Part shown: one piece after another, positions 50,624-61,303 of the stretch
Numbering within the stretch: the first letter of the stretch is position 1
How the letters are laid out: each line of letters opens with the position of its first letter
Assembly: GCA_030295235.1 (NCBI GenBank)
Contig: AP026142.1
Location: 744,001-808,000 of the forward strand
Direction: 5' to 3'
Source: Fistulifera solaris
Taxonomy: Eukaryota
Length of the DNA: 64,000 nt
Translations under genes and position numbers: made by a program
Notes under the pieces: generated by a model
What the model was told of the DNA's origin: nothing
Databases searched by the model: none
What the model saw: only the letters and a program-made list of their open reading frames with translations

Positions 50624-50701
50624 GGGAAGGACGTTAAAATTCTGCCTCCCAGAACAAGATTCTACGTAGCGTCTACGACGAGGCAGAATTTTAACGCCGT
50701 T
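50624..50701 (+). mobile_element. ~80-bp hairpin MITE, copy 3
   Basis: GGGAAGGACGTTAAAATTCTGCCTCCCAGAACAAGATTCTACGTAGCGTCTACGACGAGGCAGAATTTTAACG, nearly identical to copy 1. Confidence 0.75.
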
Positions 50702-52238
50702 AAATGCAAGACTTCCTCGATCCTCGATGTTAACCTCTTATCGCGACCATGACACCATGACGGCGAAAGAACGAGTGAAAGAGCAATTATGGAGCAATAA
50801 ACTACGAGCAACACGAATATTAACTGTTTCGTGCCCTCCAGTCGCTATTATGAAAACAATCACAGGAACAGAGCCGCCGCAAAGAGGAAGTTGTTCTGAA
50901 AACGACCGATTATGATTCGCGAAAGAACCTCACGTTTCTGCACCGTGGCGCTGTTCGCCTCGAATATCGCTTCGCTGCTTTCATGTCCAAGCAAGATATT
51001 TCCTGTTACATTATTGAAATAAAAACTTGCAAGATCAATCTCTTGAGACGAGTAGAGGAAAGACTTTCGTTACAGGAAAACGGACTACACAACCCACGGC
51101 CTCTCGTAACAGAACGAAGTCAAAGCTGTATGGTGTCTGGACGATTGCTTGCTAGAGGATGATAGCGACCAAGAAGGAGAATAACTTAGCAAAGGAATCT
51201 TTTTTGTCCTTGGATTCTTGTTTGTAGTCGTCTCGGATGGAATCACAGTTTCGATGATGCAAGGATCAGCACTTTGACCGTTTCGAAGGGTAAGGGTATT
51301 GCCCAGTTATGAAATGCTTACCGCAAATAACCATTTAATTTGACGCGACAAAAATGCAAGACGATGATCAGTCGTACAGGCAACACATGGAATATTAAGC
51401 TGACAATTTGATCCATTGGAAATGTACTAAATAACAAATCAAATTTAATCTATAAAGAAATTCGGAGTATCAGGCAACTATGCATCGAGCGCGCTTGCTG
51501 GTTTCAAAGGGGTAGGTGTGTTCGGGATAATGATTGAGCCTCTGACAATCCCCCTGCCTTGCTTTCTCAACAATCGGACGAAGAGATCGACTCACTTGCG
51601 GTGTTGGGATATTCGTGTCGAACCAAAGGATGCGGTTCTGGAGGTCGATACTGTGTCAAGGGATCCCCTGATCGTTCGGAATCGCGTTGTGCTTGTTTTT
51701 CTATGACGCGCAAACTATCGGTCTCTTCGGCTATTTGCCAATCGAAACACCGCGAGCTCGGCCGAGCGGCGCATTCCAGATGCTTCTTCGCGACACATGA
51801 ATGAGAACAACCCATGGTGCCAAGCAATAACCAAAGCTAATGCGCTTTTTTGCGACCCATGAATTGGAAAATTGTGATGACGAGTGGACGCGCAACGTAA
51901 ATCTGATCAAAAGTAGTTTCGTGTGCAGTTTCGGTGTCCAGTCTCGACTCTCGACTTGCGTCATTGCTCATTGCTGTTTTCGTTCAGAAACATCCAACAC
52001 ACGTGATGGGAGCTACTGAGCTTACTACGATACTCACAGAGGAAGGGAACAAGAAACGAGAAACGCAACTCGGAGAATAGGGGTAAAGTGATAGAAGAGG
52101 TCGTCGACTCCTCACTCCTCCTCTAAAGTTCCGGAACTCTAGAGAGAGAATCATTTCAGAAATCGGCTCAAATACGTTAGGTTTTGCTGTTTTGCCGCAT
52201 TCAATATTCAATAGCCTCTCTTGGACTATCTATCTAAG

Positions 52239-52298
52239 AAGTCAACCAGCGACACGCGACACTCCACAGAAGACACTAGACACGACCACGAAGGTAAG
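52239..52298 (+). repeat. Short repeat, inverted partner of 55800-55852
   Basis: Identical to the reverse complement of 55800-55852 except for a 7-bp internal duplication (GCGACAC). Confidence 0.9.
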
Positions 52299-53099
52299 TC
52301 TAAAATCCTAAGATCTAAGAGAAGAAGGAAGAAGGTATTTTCATAATTGTTTGTGGTTTGTGGAGTTCCGAAATCCGAAAGCATACAAAGTAGAGCATAG
52401 AGGCTGTAAAGTGTTCAATAAACAAAGCCGTTCTACTGGTACGTTCTCTAGTCCTAAAACAAACCGGTTGATCATGATTGAAATCCAGTCCTGGAAAAGT
52501 TACCCTCTACACTTAATGATACAACACAGTGTTAGCCACGGAGTTGTCAATAATTTGGTACGGTAATTGAATTCTGGGTAACATGCAAATGAAATAAAAT
52601 AAAAGCCAGCATCTGCTTCATGCATCATCAATCATCATCATTAAACTGATTTTTGTGATTAATCTCTTGTTGGGATAGGACGTAAGACTGATAAATTCTG
52701 GCCATTTTTGAAGTGCGATCAATGCTCAGCTTATATTTTTTAATTTATTTCACAAGGCGGACATTTCACCGAAATTTCATTATCAATTTCTTGTCAAAGC
52801 CGTGCGAGATGACTTCTTTCTCCACAAAACACATAGTCAATGTATAAAGGTTTTTGTTACCAGTGGAAGTTAGTTTCATGAGCTCGATCTCGTGACTGAA
52901 ATTCATTCGTTACGAACGGTCGCCTACACTTTGAACTACAGTGCGTTTCAGCGCCAAAAAATGAGCAGCAAATAAAAAAAAGCGAGGAACCGGAGATACA
53001 AGTAAATAAATTTATGTCGACAAAACGAACGAATTCATTCCTAGCGTATCACTTTCATCAGTCTTTATTTCAAAAAGCTCTTTCAGGCGTCTGTAGAGC

Positions 53100-54142
53100 A
53101 TGCGACTCGCAGTTACTGTAACTGTTTTTCAATTTGTGATACTTTTATCACAATTTGTTGCTTTGTTTGCGTTCAGCAGCACAAGAATACCTAAAAATGT
53201 CAAAATACTCATTCTTCCCGGTTTCGGGAACGATATGAGTGACTATTACTATCTCAATTCCCCGAAGGGTCGTTGGTACAGTCTTTGCGAAAACGCGGCT
53301 GGAACGAAGAGGCAATTCGTGTCTTGCCGTTACCCAAACGCTCCGATTGGCTACAAGTATTTTGGAAGGGCGCTTTCGATCCTCAATTTTGGGCCGGTCA
53401 AGCTCCGCCAATTCGTCCGGCTTTTGCGTGGTACTTGCAACGAATTGCCGACACTATTCAAGAGATGAGAGACAGCAAAAACGGCAACGGAAACAGCAGC
53501 GAATCGATAGCATCGGTGGCGACTACTTCACCCAAAATTATATTAATAGGGCATAGCGCAGGAGGATGGTTAGCTCGGGCGGCATTGGGATATTTAAGTC
53601 AGTCAACTGGAAAAGACGAAGCTTTTCCCGCTATTCCGCTCGACTGCATTCTTGGTCTAGTCACATTAGGAACACCGCATTTGTCGCCGCCTCCTCAAAT
53701 CATGGACATGACGCGAGGTGCTTTGCGTATTACAAACGAACAGTTCCCCGGGGCGTATCATCAATCATCCCCAGACGAACCCGATTCGTTGTTCTATTTG
53801 ACTGTCATGGGAGACGCCATTCGGGGTGTGCAACAAGTACGCAAGAGTCCGTGGGAACCAACAGTCGTGTCTGGATTCGCTTACAATTCGTACGAAGCGG
53901 TATGTGGGCAAGGAGATGTCACCGGAGATGGTGTGGTGCCCTTGAACTCTGGTCACTTGGACCAAGCGAAACAATTAACCTTGCCTGGGATCTTTCATTC
54001 CATCAACCGACCGGATCAATGGTACGGTTCCGATAACGTTATTGATTCGTGGCACGACGTCATGCTAGAGCTCATCGGACGACAACTCGAGCAAGAGAGT
54101 AGCAACAGGAAACAGCCGTGGAACTTTTATTTTTGGAAATAA
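53100..54142 (+). CDS. PGAP1-like alpha/beta hydrolase, probably plastid-targeted
   Basis: Signal peptide ending LFA-FSS, ILILPGFGN, nucleophile elbow IILIGHSAGG, LVTLGTPH, GDGVVP and GIFHS. One frameshift near 53260-53270. Confidence 0.85.
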
Positions 54143-54205
54143 CCGATCAAGATTCAGTAGATTCATTGCAACTTTTGAATGGAGACGTTCGCGACGCATC
54201 ACTGA

Positions 54206-55479
54206 GGCCCGTTCCTAACCAAAATATCGTACCCCCAATCCATCGTACGTCAACGTACGAAGGAAGCTAGTGACGATGTTCCAGTCCTAACCGAATCGCT
54301 TCCATCGTACCATCCGGCATTCAGACCCCACTGATTAATTGGCGCCAATTTGACATTCCGATCCGCAAAACAATCATTCCTCCATAACTTCATTTATTAT
54401 TTCGTCTTACTTATCCTACGCAATTGCGGACAACGGAACGTGTACAACATAAAATTCAAAAACAATCTTTGTCATGATTCTCCGTCGGCTGCATCATTTG
54501 GTCGTCTCATAATTGTCACCTAGGGGTCGTTGTGGATAATGTTTGTTTTGCAATTGTTTTTATAAATCTTTCAATGCTATCGTTTGATTGTATTTCCTTC
54601 CCTTGCATTTTGTTTTGTTCTTTGGCTATTTGATCGCGACATCCGACGCGGTAAGAGTTACCATCGCTTCATGGCGTCGTTGTGCGATTGGTTTGACCGG
54701 TCGTGCAACTGTAATTCAGTTCCTTGATGCATTTGCTCGCCATTTTATAGGCTTTCGGACTGATGGTTTGACTGCTTTGTCAGAGGCTGTCGATGGATGC
54801 CCTTAAAGGTCAATTGTTTTGCCGTTTGCTTTCCTTTGAGCCGGGCGTTTGTCGGATGGGTCGCTATCGGAATTGAACAACAATAATAGTGATAAGTAAA
54901 CAAAACAATGATTATAATACATTTAAGTTATTAACAAGCTAGAGTTCTTGTTGATAATCTTCGTTGTAGACTATGTTCATGCTTCAATTAATCATCTCGA
55001 TGACTTACCTTTCTCTTCGACGAAGTCGCTGGCCAAATCACAAAATCGTGTGAATCCAACATAACAGCCATGCCATCATCGCCAGTGGAAGAAAGCAACA
55101 TTTCGACCAGCTTCGTTGAAACGCTTCGAAAATAGGTTGTTGCTGCAACGGAAGCGTTTCCTTGGCTCACGACAATAACATTGTTTTGATTCATGTTCCG
55201 TACCAAAAAGGGATAGCTATGTCCTAACAATAATGATGGATGATTGCTTCCAAATTATTGAAAAGTGTGTGCGACAAAGAAATTTTATTGGAATGTCAAT
55301 TCGTTGTTATTCAAAAGGTTCCCAGTTTATGGTTCGAGTTTGGATACGATGGATCGCATCGTACCCCATCGCACGCGAGGGTACGATGGAAATCCATCGC
55401 ACAAAAAAAAGGGATAACCCGGAAATGAGTGCGATGAAGTGTACGATATTGGGTACGATATTTTGGTTAGGAACGGGCC
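54206..55479. mobile_element. Non-autonomous PIF/Harbinger-like DNA transposon (1274 bp)
   Basis: Perfect 29-bp TIRs GGCCCGTTCCTAACCAAAATATCGTACCC. 3-bp target duplication TGA (54203-54205 and 55480-55482). Subterminal CATCGTAC/GTACGAT repeats. AT-rich interior with no transposase ORF. Confidence 0.85.
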
Positions 55480-55799
55480 TGAGATTCGTTCCGCTTAGAC
55501 TAGCTTGCTTTTATAAGATTCGCGAATAGTAAGAGTAGAGGAGATTCACACTATAGCAATCGGCTGCTTGTCCAGAGTACGCAGCATTAAGCTCCGTAGA
55601 CTTCGACACCACAAACATTCTAGCTGGACTCGAGCAACCCTTGACTCCAGAACTATCGCTCTAGAAAATGAGTTGACTGTTGCCATTCAAGGTTCCAGCG
55701 AATTCGTTGCGCAAAGCTGTGAGAGCCAGATTGCGGCATGCGGCATCTGCTTCTGAAATTTACTACGATTAACAAAAACAACCATGATCACGATTAAGT

Positions 55800-55852
55800 C
55801 TTACCTTCGTGGTCGTGTCTAGTGTCTTCTGTGGAGTGTCGCTGGTTGACTT
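55800..55852 (-). repeat. Short repeat, inverted partner of 52239-52298
   Basis: CTTACCTTCGTGGTCGTGTCTAGTGTCTTCTGTGGAGTGTCGCTGGTTGACTT. Confidence 0.9.
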
Positions 55853-56494
55853 GTTTGCGATCAGCTTTTAAGACGCTCAAGTACCGGTAGTCTAGCTACA
55901 GTAGTTAGAGATACAACCCTGTTAGCTTGAACTATGTCCCTCACGTGCCCCGCGCCACGTGCCTGAATTCAGAATTCATTATTCATTCAGGATTCAGGAT
56001 CCCGTCGAGTGTAGAATGACTCTGGACTCTGGACGTGGCAATCCGACTATCCTACAGGCTGGATTGTACCGCAAGCTAGATTCGATAACCTACTGTAATT
56101 AAAAATTAAAAATCACTACAGGCTACGATTTGAATGATGCATCCTGGACTTATAACGATCATTACGAAAGAATGAATCATGAATCACCAAATAAATACTC
56201 AGTTTTGGAAAGCTTATGGCTTATGCAAGATGTGAATAATCGCGTGTTTAGCTCCTGCATTCGAATCTCAGGCATTTATTGCTCTCGCTACTTTCTCCAT
56301 CATGGCCCATTTCCCATTTGACTTTCGAATGACCAATGACCGGAAGTAAAGATGCCACGATCCACGATCGAGAATTTGTGGCGTGATCACGCCCAAAGAC
56401 AACTCAGCATTGCTGTTTTTAGTGGAAAGAAGGACATGAGACATGAGACATGAGCCACCAAAGCCGTACACTGTTTCTGTGAGAAGATGATAGT

Positions 56495-56564
56495 TTGGGC
56501 CCAAATCGCAAGTCGCATGCAGCCCGCACGTATCAGCAACAGCAAGCTTAAAGAATCTATCAGA
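56495..56564 (+). repeat. 70-bp inverted repeat, left arm
   Basis: Matches the reverse complement of 57859-57928 with 2 mismatches. Confidence 0.9.
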
Positions 56565-56732
56565 TTCATGATTCACGATGGAGCGGCGGATCGTTCATCG
56601 TTCGGGCTTCATTGGCCAGCCAAACTGGTTTACACGTTCTTGACTTTAAGACTTGCTGGTTTACAGAATTACAGAATTATCATCATTATTTCATTTGACG
56701 GACTCTCTCCAAATATAACGCAAGACCGCATC

Positions 56733-57383
56733 ATGTTCCTGGTAAGCAACTCTGTCGCCACCACTACCAAGAAGATCGGCATTGAGCAAAAACGCCGTGA
56801 TGAGAAGATCAAAAACAAGATAGTCAATTCGAAAGCAAAATGGTCCAAGGATATCACTTACACTGATAGCGAATCGCTTCGATCGGGGGGTTCGGAGAGC
56901 CTTTCGATTACGAAGAAAAGCGCCTCCATCAAGTCTGGCTCACCTCGGGAAGACTTTGATAATTGTGATCGAGTTACCAAAGAAATGAGAGCAAAGGCAT
57001 TTGCCATTGCGTTCATTGAAGATCAGTTTGAAAAGTACCAAGCCGATATTGAGACATGCACCAAGAGATACGACGCTTGCAAGCAAATTATTTTAGCTCG
57101 AATGCAGAGTCGCTCGGCTGTTGGAATCATTCTCGCCATCAATGAGTACAAGAAGCTTTTGGCCAAAGAAGCAACTGCAAGAAGAGTCCTTGAACAGCTG
57201 GAGTCTCTTTTGTCAGAAGTTGTGGACTGCATCGAGCTTCCTGGAACAATTGCACAATACAAAGCCAAGGCGAAGGAAATTGTCGAGGAAGCGCCGGTTG
57301 ACCCTGAAACGTTGCCTCTAGCGGGTGTAACGGGAAAGATGGTGTCCGATGAACTAGCGAAGCTCGGAATCGCTCGAAACTAG
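56733..57383 (+). CDS. Hypothetical helical/coiled-coil protein (216 aa)
   Basis: Open frame with a Ser/Lys-rich N-terminus and an amphipathic helical C-terminal half. No recognised domain. Confidence 0.6.
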   Translation: MFLVSNSVATTTKKIGIEQKRRDEKIKNKIVNSKAKWSKDITYTDSESLRSGGSESLSITKKSASIKSGSPREDFDNCDRVTKEMRAKAFAIAFIEDQFEKYQADIETCTKRYDACKQIILARMQSRSAVGIILAINEYKKLLAKEATARRVLEQLESLLSEVVDCIELPGTIAQYKAKAKEIVEEAPVDPETLPLAGVTGKMVSDELAKLGIARN

Positions 57384-57858
57384 GGACAGCAGGCGTTGAA
57401 TCAATGTTAATATTTAGTCTTTGGACACTAGTAAGTAGTCCCTTTTAAAACCAGCCTTTGTCTGAAAACTAAACTCGTTTCACCAAAGGGTTAGTCGGTT
57501 AACGTTTCGTGAAGGCATGGGGATGTTCAGACCTCTTATTCCGTGCTGCATTTCTAAAACCATTGCTCATGTCCATCTTCATGCTCTTGGAATCGGGCAG
57601 TTCGCAAAGCTGTAGAAGGTAGAAGGTAGAATGCACAAAGCAGAAATCCTAAAGGTCATCTCCTCTCCGTCGTCGTTCGTCGTGTGGTCAAGATTACAAA
57701 GAATTACACAATCGTGTATCCTGTCTATAGTACCAATACACTCCCACCAAAGGTTCCTCAGCCAACAGTCACAGGTCACAAATCACAAGTCACAAGTCAC
57801 AATGCAGGCCGTAAAAAGTACTAGGTAAAAAGTAAAAACGATTGCAGCTAGAACCTAC

Positions 57859-57928
57859 TCTGGTAGATTCTTTAAGCTTGCTGTTGCTGATACGTGCGGG
57901 CTGCTTGCGACTTGCGATTTGGGCCCAA
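57859..57928 (-). repeat. 70-bp inverted repeat, right arm
   Basis: Partner of 56495-56564. Confidence 0.9.
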
Positions 57929-58540
57929 GGAGTAAAACAATACTACGTACCTGGTACCTGGTACCACAGTTTTTTGTTTTTTCCCTTTGGTCTCTCTTTC
58001 GGGCATGTACTTGTACCAGTAAAATTCCAGGTACCGGTACCGGTACAAAGTACCGGTACAATACCGGTACCGTGCCTTGGACAAGGCGGCAATCATATTG
58101 CACGTCCAGAGTGTATATCATTGGGGATGGAGTTCAGAATTTGGAATTTGACCCGGGTCTCAAAATGTTTTCCCATTCACGCTTCTCGTGGAGAGCGGCG
58201 ACATACCGCGCGCGCGGCGCATCATCGACACCTAGACATGACACTGTCAATTAAAATGTGGCTAAAAAAGATGTCAGTTGTTCTTTGATCCAGTTTTTCT
58301 GACCAGACAACATTAATCAGTATAGTAGATAGTAGAACGGGAAACGGAAAATGGTGTTTCGTCCTTTTCTCCGTCGTGAATATTTCGCGTCGAGCCGCAC
58401 GCATTTCTCGTTGCACTCCACTAATAAAAAATCCTTTCTTTGCTGCTTTTGCCAGTTCGGATCCTTTGCATTCGATTGATAAGACCAGATTCATTTTAGA
58501 CTCTCTCAATCTAACAAAAATACTTTGTAGCTTTCCCGCG

Positions 58541-59266
58541 ATGAACCAATTAGAAACGATGAACAATCCATATCGTGCCGCCATTTACCTGAATAATGTT
58601 GCCGTTACTCTTTTAAAAGGTGGCTGTTCTCTACAAGCACTGAATACACTGAGAGATGCTGTTCAGATCGTGTCCAGTATCTGCTCTAAAGAGTTACTCG
58701 AGTCATCTCTTGTGAACGCTACATTAATGAAAGCTGCACAGCGGCTCGCGAACCCTGTAATCGATCATGGCTCTCTGTCGAAGAAGGATTTTACAGTAAT
58801 CGCCGAAGACACGCTGGTGTATTCAAACTTCAAGTTTGCTCTCCAAGGCTACTATGTCGTTCATATTGACAGCCTCGATCAGTCAAGAAGCAATTACGAG
58901 CAAGATCAGCCGATCGAGTGTGCTACGGTACTATATAACTTGGGCATGACTTACGAGCTACTCAATACGCAATGCCCCATTGAAGCTCTCGTTGGTTTCT
59001 CTTTGGCGTATTCATTGCTAGAGCCAACGATACAAAAGTGGCTGGAAGGCTCTTTACCGAAAGACAAAAATCGAATTGATGAATGCGACTGGTGTAGTAT
59101 CTTACTGATAGGATTTCTTTCTTTGCAGAAACTGAAAGCGTATTCGTTGCAAATAGGGATTGATGAGGACCACGCCACCAGCATCCTGGAGATCATGAAG
59201 TTTGCAATCATCTGGTTTCAGAAGACGGATAGTACGGTGGGCGAAGTGGTAGCCGCAGCCGCTTGA
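58541..59266 (+). CDS. TPR-like hypothetical protein
   Basis: AAIYLNNVAVTLL..GCSLQALNTLRDAV, ATVLYNLGMTY and a C-terminal AAAA, a pattern typical of an expanded diatom family. Confidence 0.65.
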   Translation: MNQLETMNNPYRAAIYLNNVAVTLLKGGCSLQALNTLRDAVQIVSSICSKELLESSLVNATLMKAAQRLANPVIDHGSLSKKDFTVIAEDTLVYSNFKFALQGYYVVHIDSLDQSRSNYEQDQPIECATVLYNLGMTYELLNTQCPIEALVGFSLAYSLLEPTIQKWLEGSLPKDKNRIDECDWCSILLIGFLSLQKLKAYSLQIGIDEDHATSILEIMKFAIIWFQKTDSTVGEVVAAAA

Positions 59267-60260
59267 CAATCATAACATTTCGTAATGGTAAGTACAAATG
59301 TCTTGTTGCGCTTGTTAGCTCTTGCTCACTGATTGTTTCTGGAAGAGGCTCATTGACCACCTTGGATGAGCACCTGTTCTGTCGAACGGATTCCGATTCA
59401 TATCACAGCGAAACACGGTAAGAAAACTATTGCATTTGTGTTGTACGTAGAGGAACTTTTGTAAGAAAATAAACATTCGAATAAAAAAAAAACGTTTCAA
59501 TCTCAAGTAGTCAGTGTAGTTCCGAGATGTGAGTTCCTTTCGAGTTAAGAGGTTCTTCAAATCAATTTATCTCGCGAAAAGCAAAATGTAAACGCGTTCC
59601 GTCTTTCGACCACATTCAAGTTTTGTCATCCCAAAGTGTCATTCCAAAGCTTGTTCGCTCTGCAACCTAAGACAGTTTTATCATTGCAAACGCCTTTTGC
59701 AGAATTTACAATGCACGCTTGGAATGTTGATTTCCAGCATATCTTGTCGATTTTCGATAATAAATACTCTGTCATAAATATCCTTTCTACGATTTAGTAT
59801 AGTCTCAAAGTGTAAGCGACCATTTATCACGACTGCATTTCAGTCATGAATGCGTTTTCCACTGGATCTCCGTTGCAGCGGCGGCCACAAAACCATTCTT
59901 GATATTACTCTTTCAAAGTGCTTTCATTGAAACCAATTAACGCAGCAAGTAAAGCAATTAGCAACGAAGGAGAAGAGCCGCAACAGTCCTCGGAATCTCA
60001 ACCGATCGTACCCGATCCGGCGCGTTAAATCACATGGCCCATTCGCAAGACGCGGGAGACACCGCAGCATCTGCGAGATTTTTATTCAAGGGAACAAAGG
60101 ACTCCAAGTGTGTTGGAAACAAAAATGGAACTTTTCTGTAATTTTAGCATCGTTAGTCTACGGCACGAACGCGTAGGAGCGAGTACAAGATGTGTTTGAT
60201 TTGAGGGCTCAATAATGAAAAATGAAAAATGGAGAGTTTATCGTACTTATTTTCTATCCC

Positions 60261-61303
60261 TATGGCAGAACCGACACGCTATCTGGCTTAGACGCTGTCT
60301 AGGCCGGATTGCCAGGTCACTGGTATTTTGACACATTTGCGAAATAATAAGTCGCTCGAAAGAAGCCATTTTCGAAACCGTCAAGATGCTCTGGATTTTA
60401 CCAGCGACAGGCGTAAAAAGGCTTGCTACTTATTACAGTGAAATTGTATGTTCACCGAAGGATCTATTTTCTATGTTTCAGTTAAAGTATCCTGATGCAT
60501 CGATGGAGTTGTGGTTGCTACTAAGGTCAGACGAAGAATTTGCTCTTGTCGATGGGTATTCAAATAGTCAGTCAGTGTATTACCGTGGGAGTGAATTATG
60601 AACGGCATCAGTGACATGTCCAATGTTCGGGAAATTTACTTCAACCATATGAAATTTAAACTCCCCGTTGAACTGACACGCAGAGCGCTATCAACACCAG
60701 TTCATTCGATCTGCATCCGCATTGATGGAAGAGATTTACAAGGACATGACCTAAGATCAGTTAACATTGTGGCGAAGGAAGTTTTCCTTATAGTCTTAGC
60801 AGACTTCCTTTTTCCGAGGCAACTAACGGCTTCTCCGCCATGGGACACGCGAGACAGTTAGAAAGCATGGACTTGGCGTTTTGTCAACACAGGGTCCTTC
60901 TGGGATTGTCGATACCAGAACTGCAGAAAATATCGTGAGGGAGTTTATCACGATTATCGAATCGAACCAAAAGGTGAAATTGCACTCTCGAATGTTCAAA
61001 CTTTGCTGAGAAGATATTGGCTGCAATGAAACGGAATTGAGGGCTGTTTTCTGTCAACATAGATGCAGTATACAAGAACGTTATGACTTTCCCATTAATA
61101 TGGATCCAGAGATCAATCCGCGCTTCTTCCGTCTTGCCAAGGAACCTCGGGCAACTCGACAGCCATTGCTGGCTTATGCTCAAACTGAAAACGCGAGACA
61201 AGTTTCGAATCTGCGTCGCTGTTGGAGTAAAACGCCGATACTTTGTGCGAGCTCCTCCAGGAAACATTGTGTAGTTCGATGGTCGTTGCGCATCAGAGCT
61301 TGA
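60261..61303 (+). pseudogene. Degraded lineage-specific gene
   Basis: A chain of short same-strand ORFs (60386, 60598, 61037) with protein-like composition, interrupted by stops and frameshifts. Confidence 0.35.

Noticed and set aside
50720..52210. Short ORFs between the U-box and hydrolase genes
   Set aside because: No recognisable motifs or consistent frame, so a gene call cannot be supported.
54588..55230. Possible transposase remnants inside the Harbinger-like element
   Set aside because: No DDE or Myb/SANT motifs are recognisable in the short ORFs.
56268..58288. Similar short peptides (DSLSLLLLIRAGC.RLAIWAQ) in two ORFs on opposite strands
   Set aside because: They are translations of the 70-bp inverted repeat, not a protein family.
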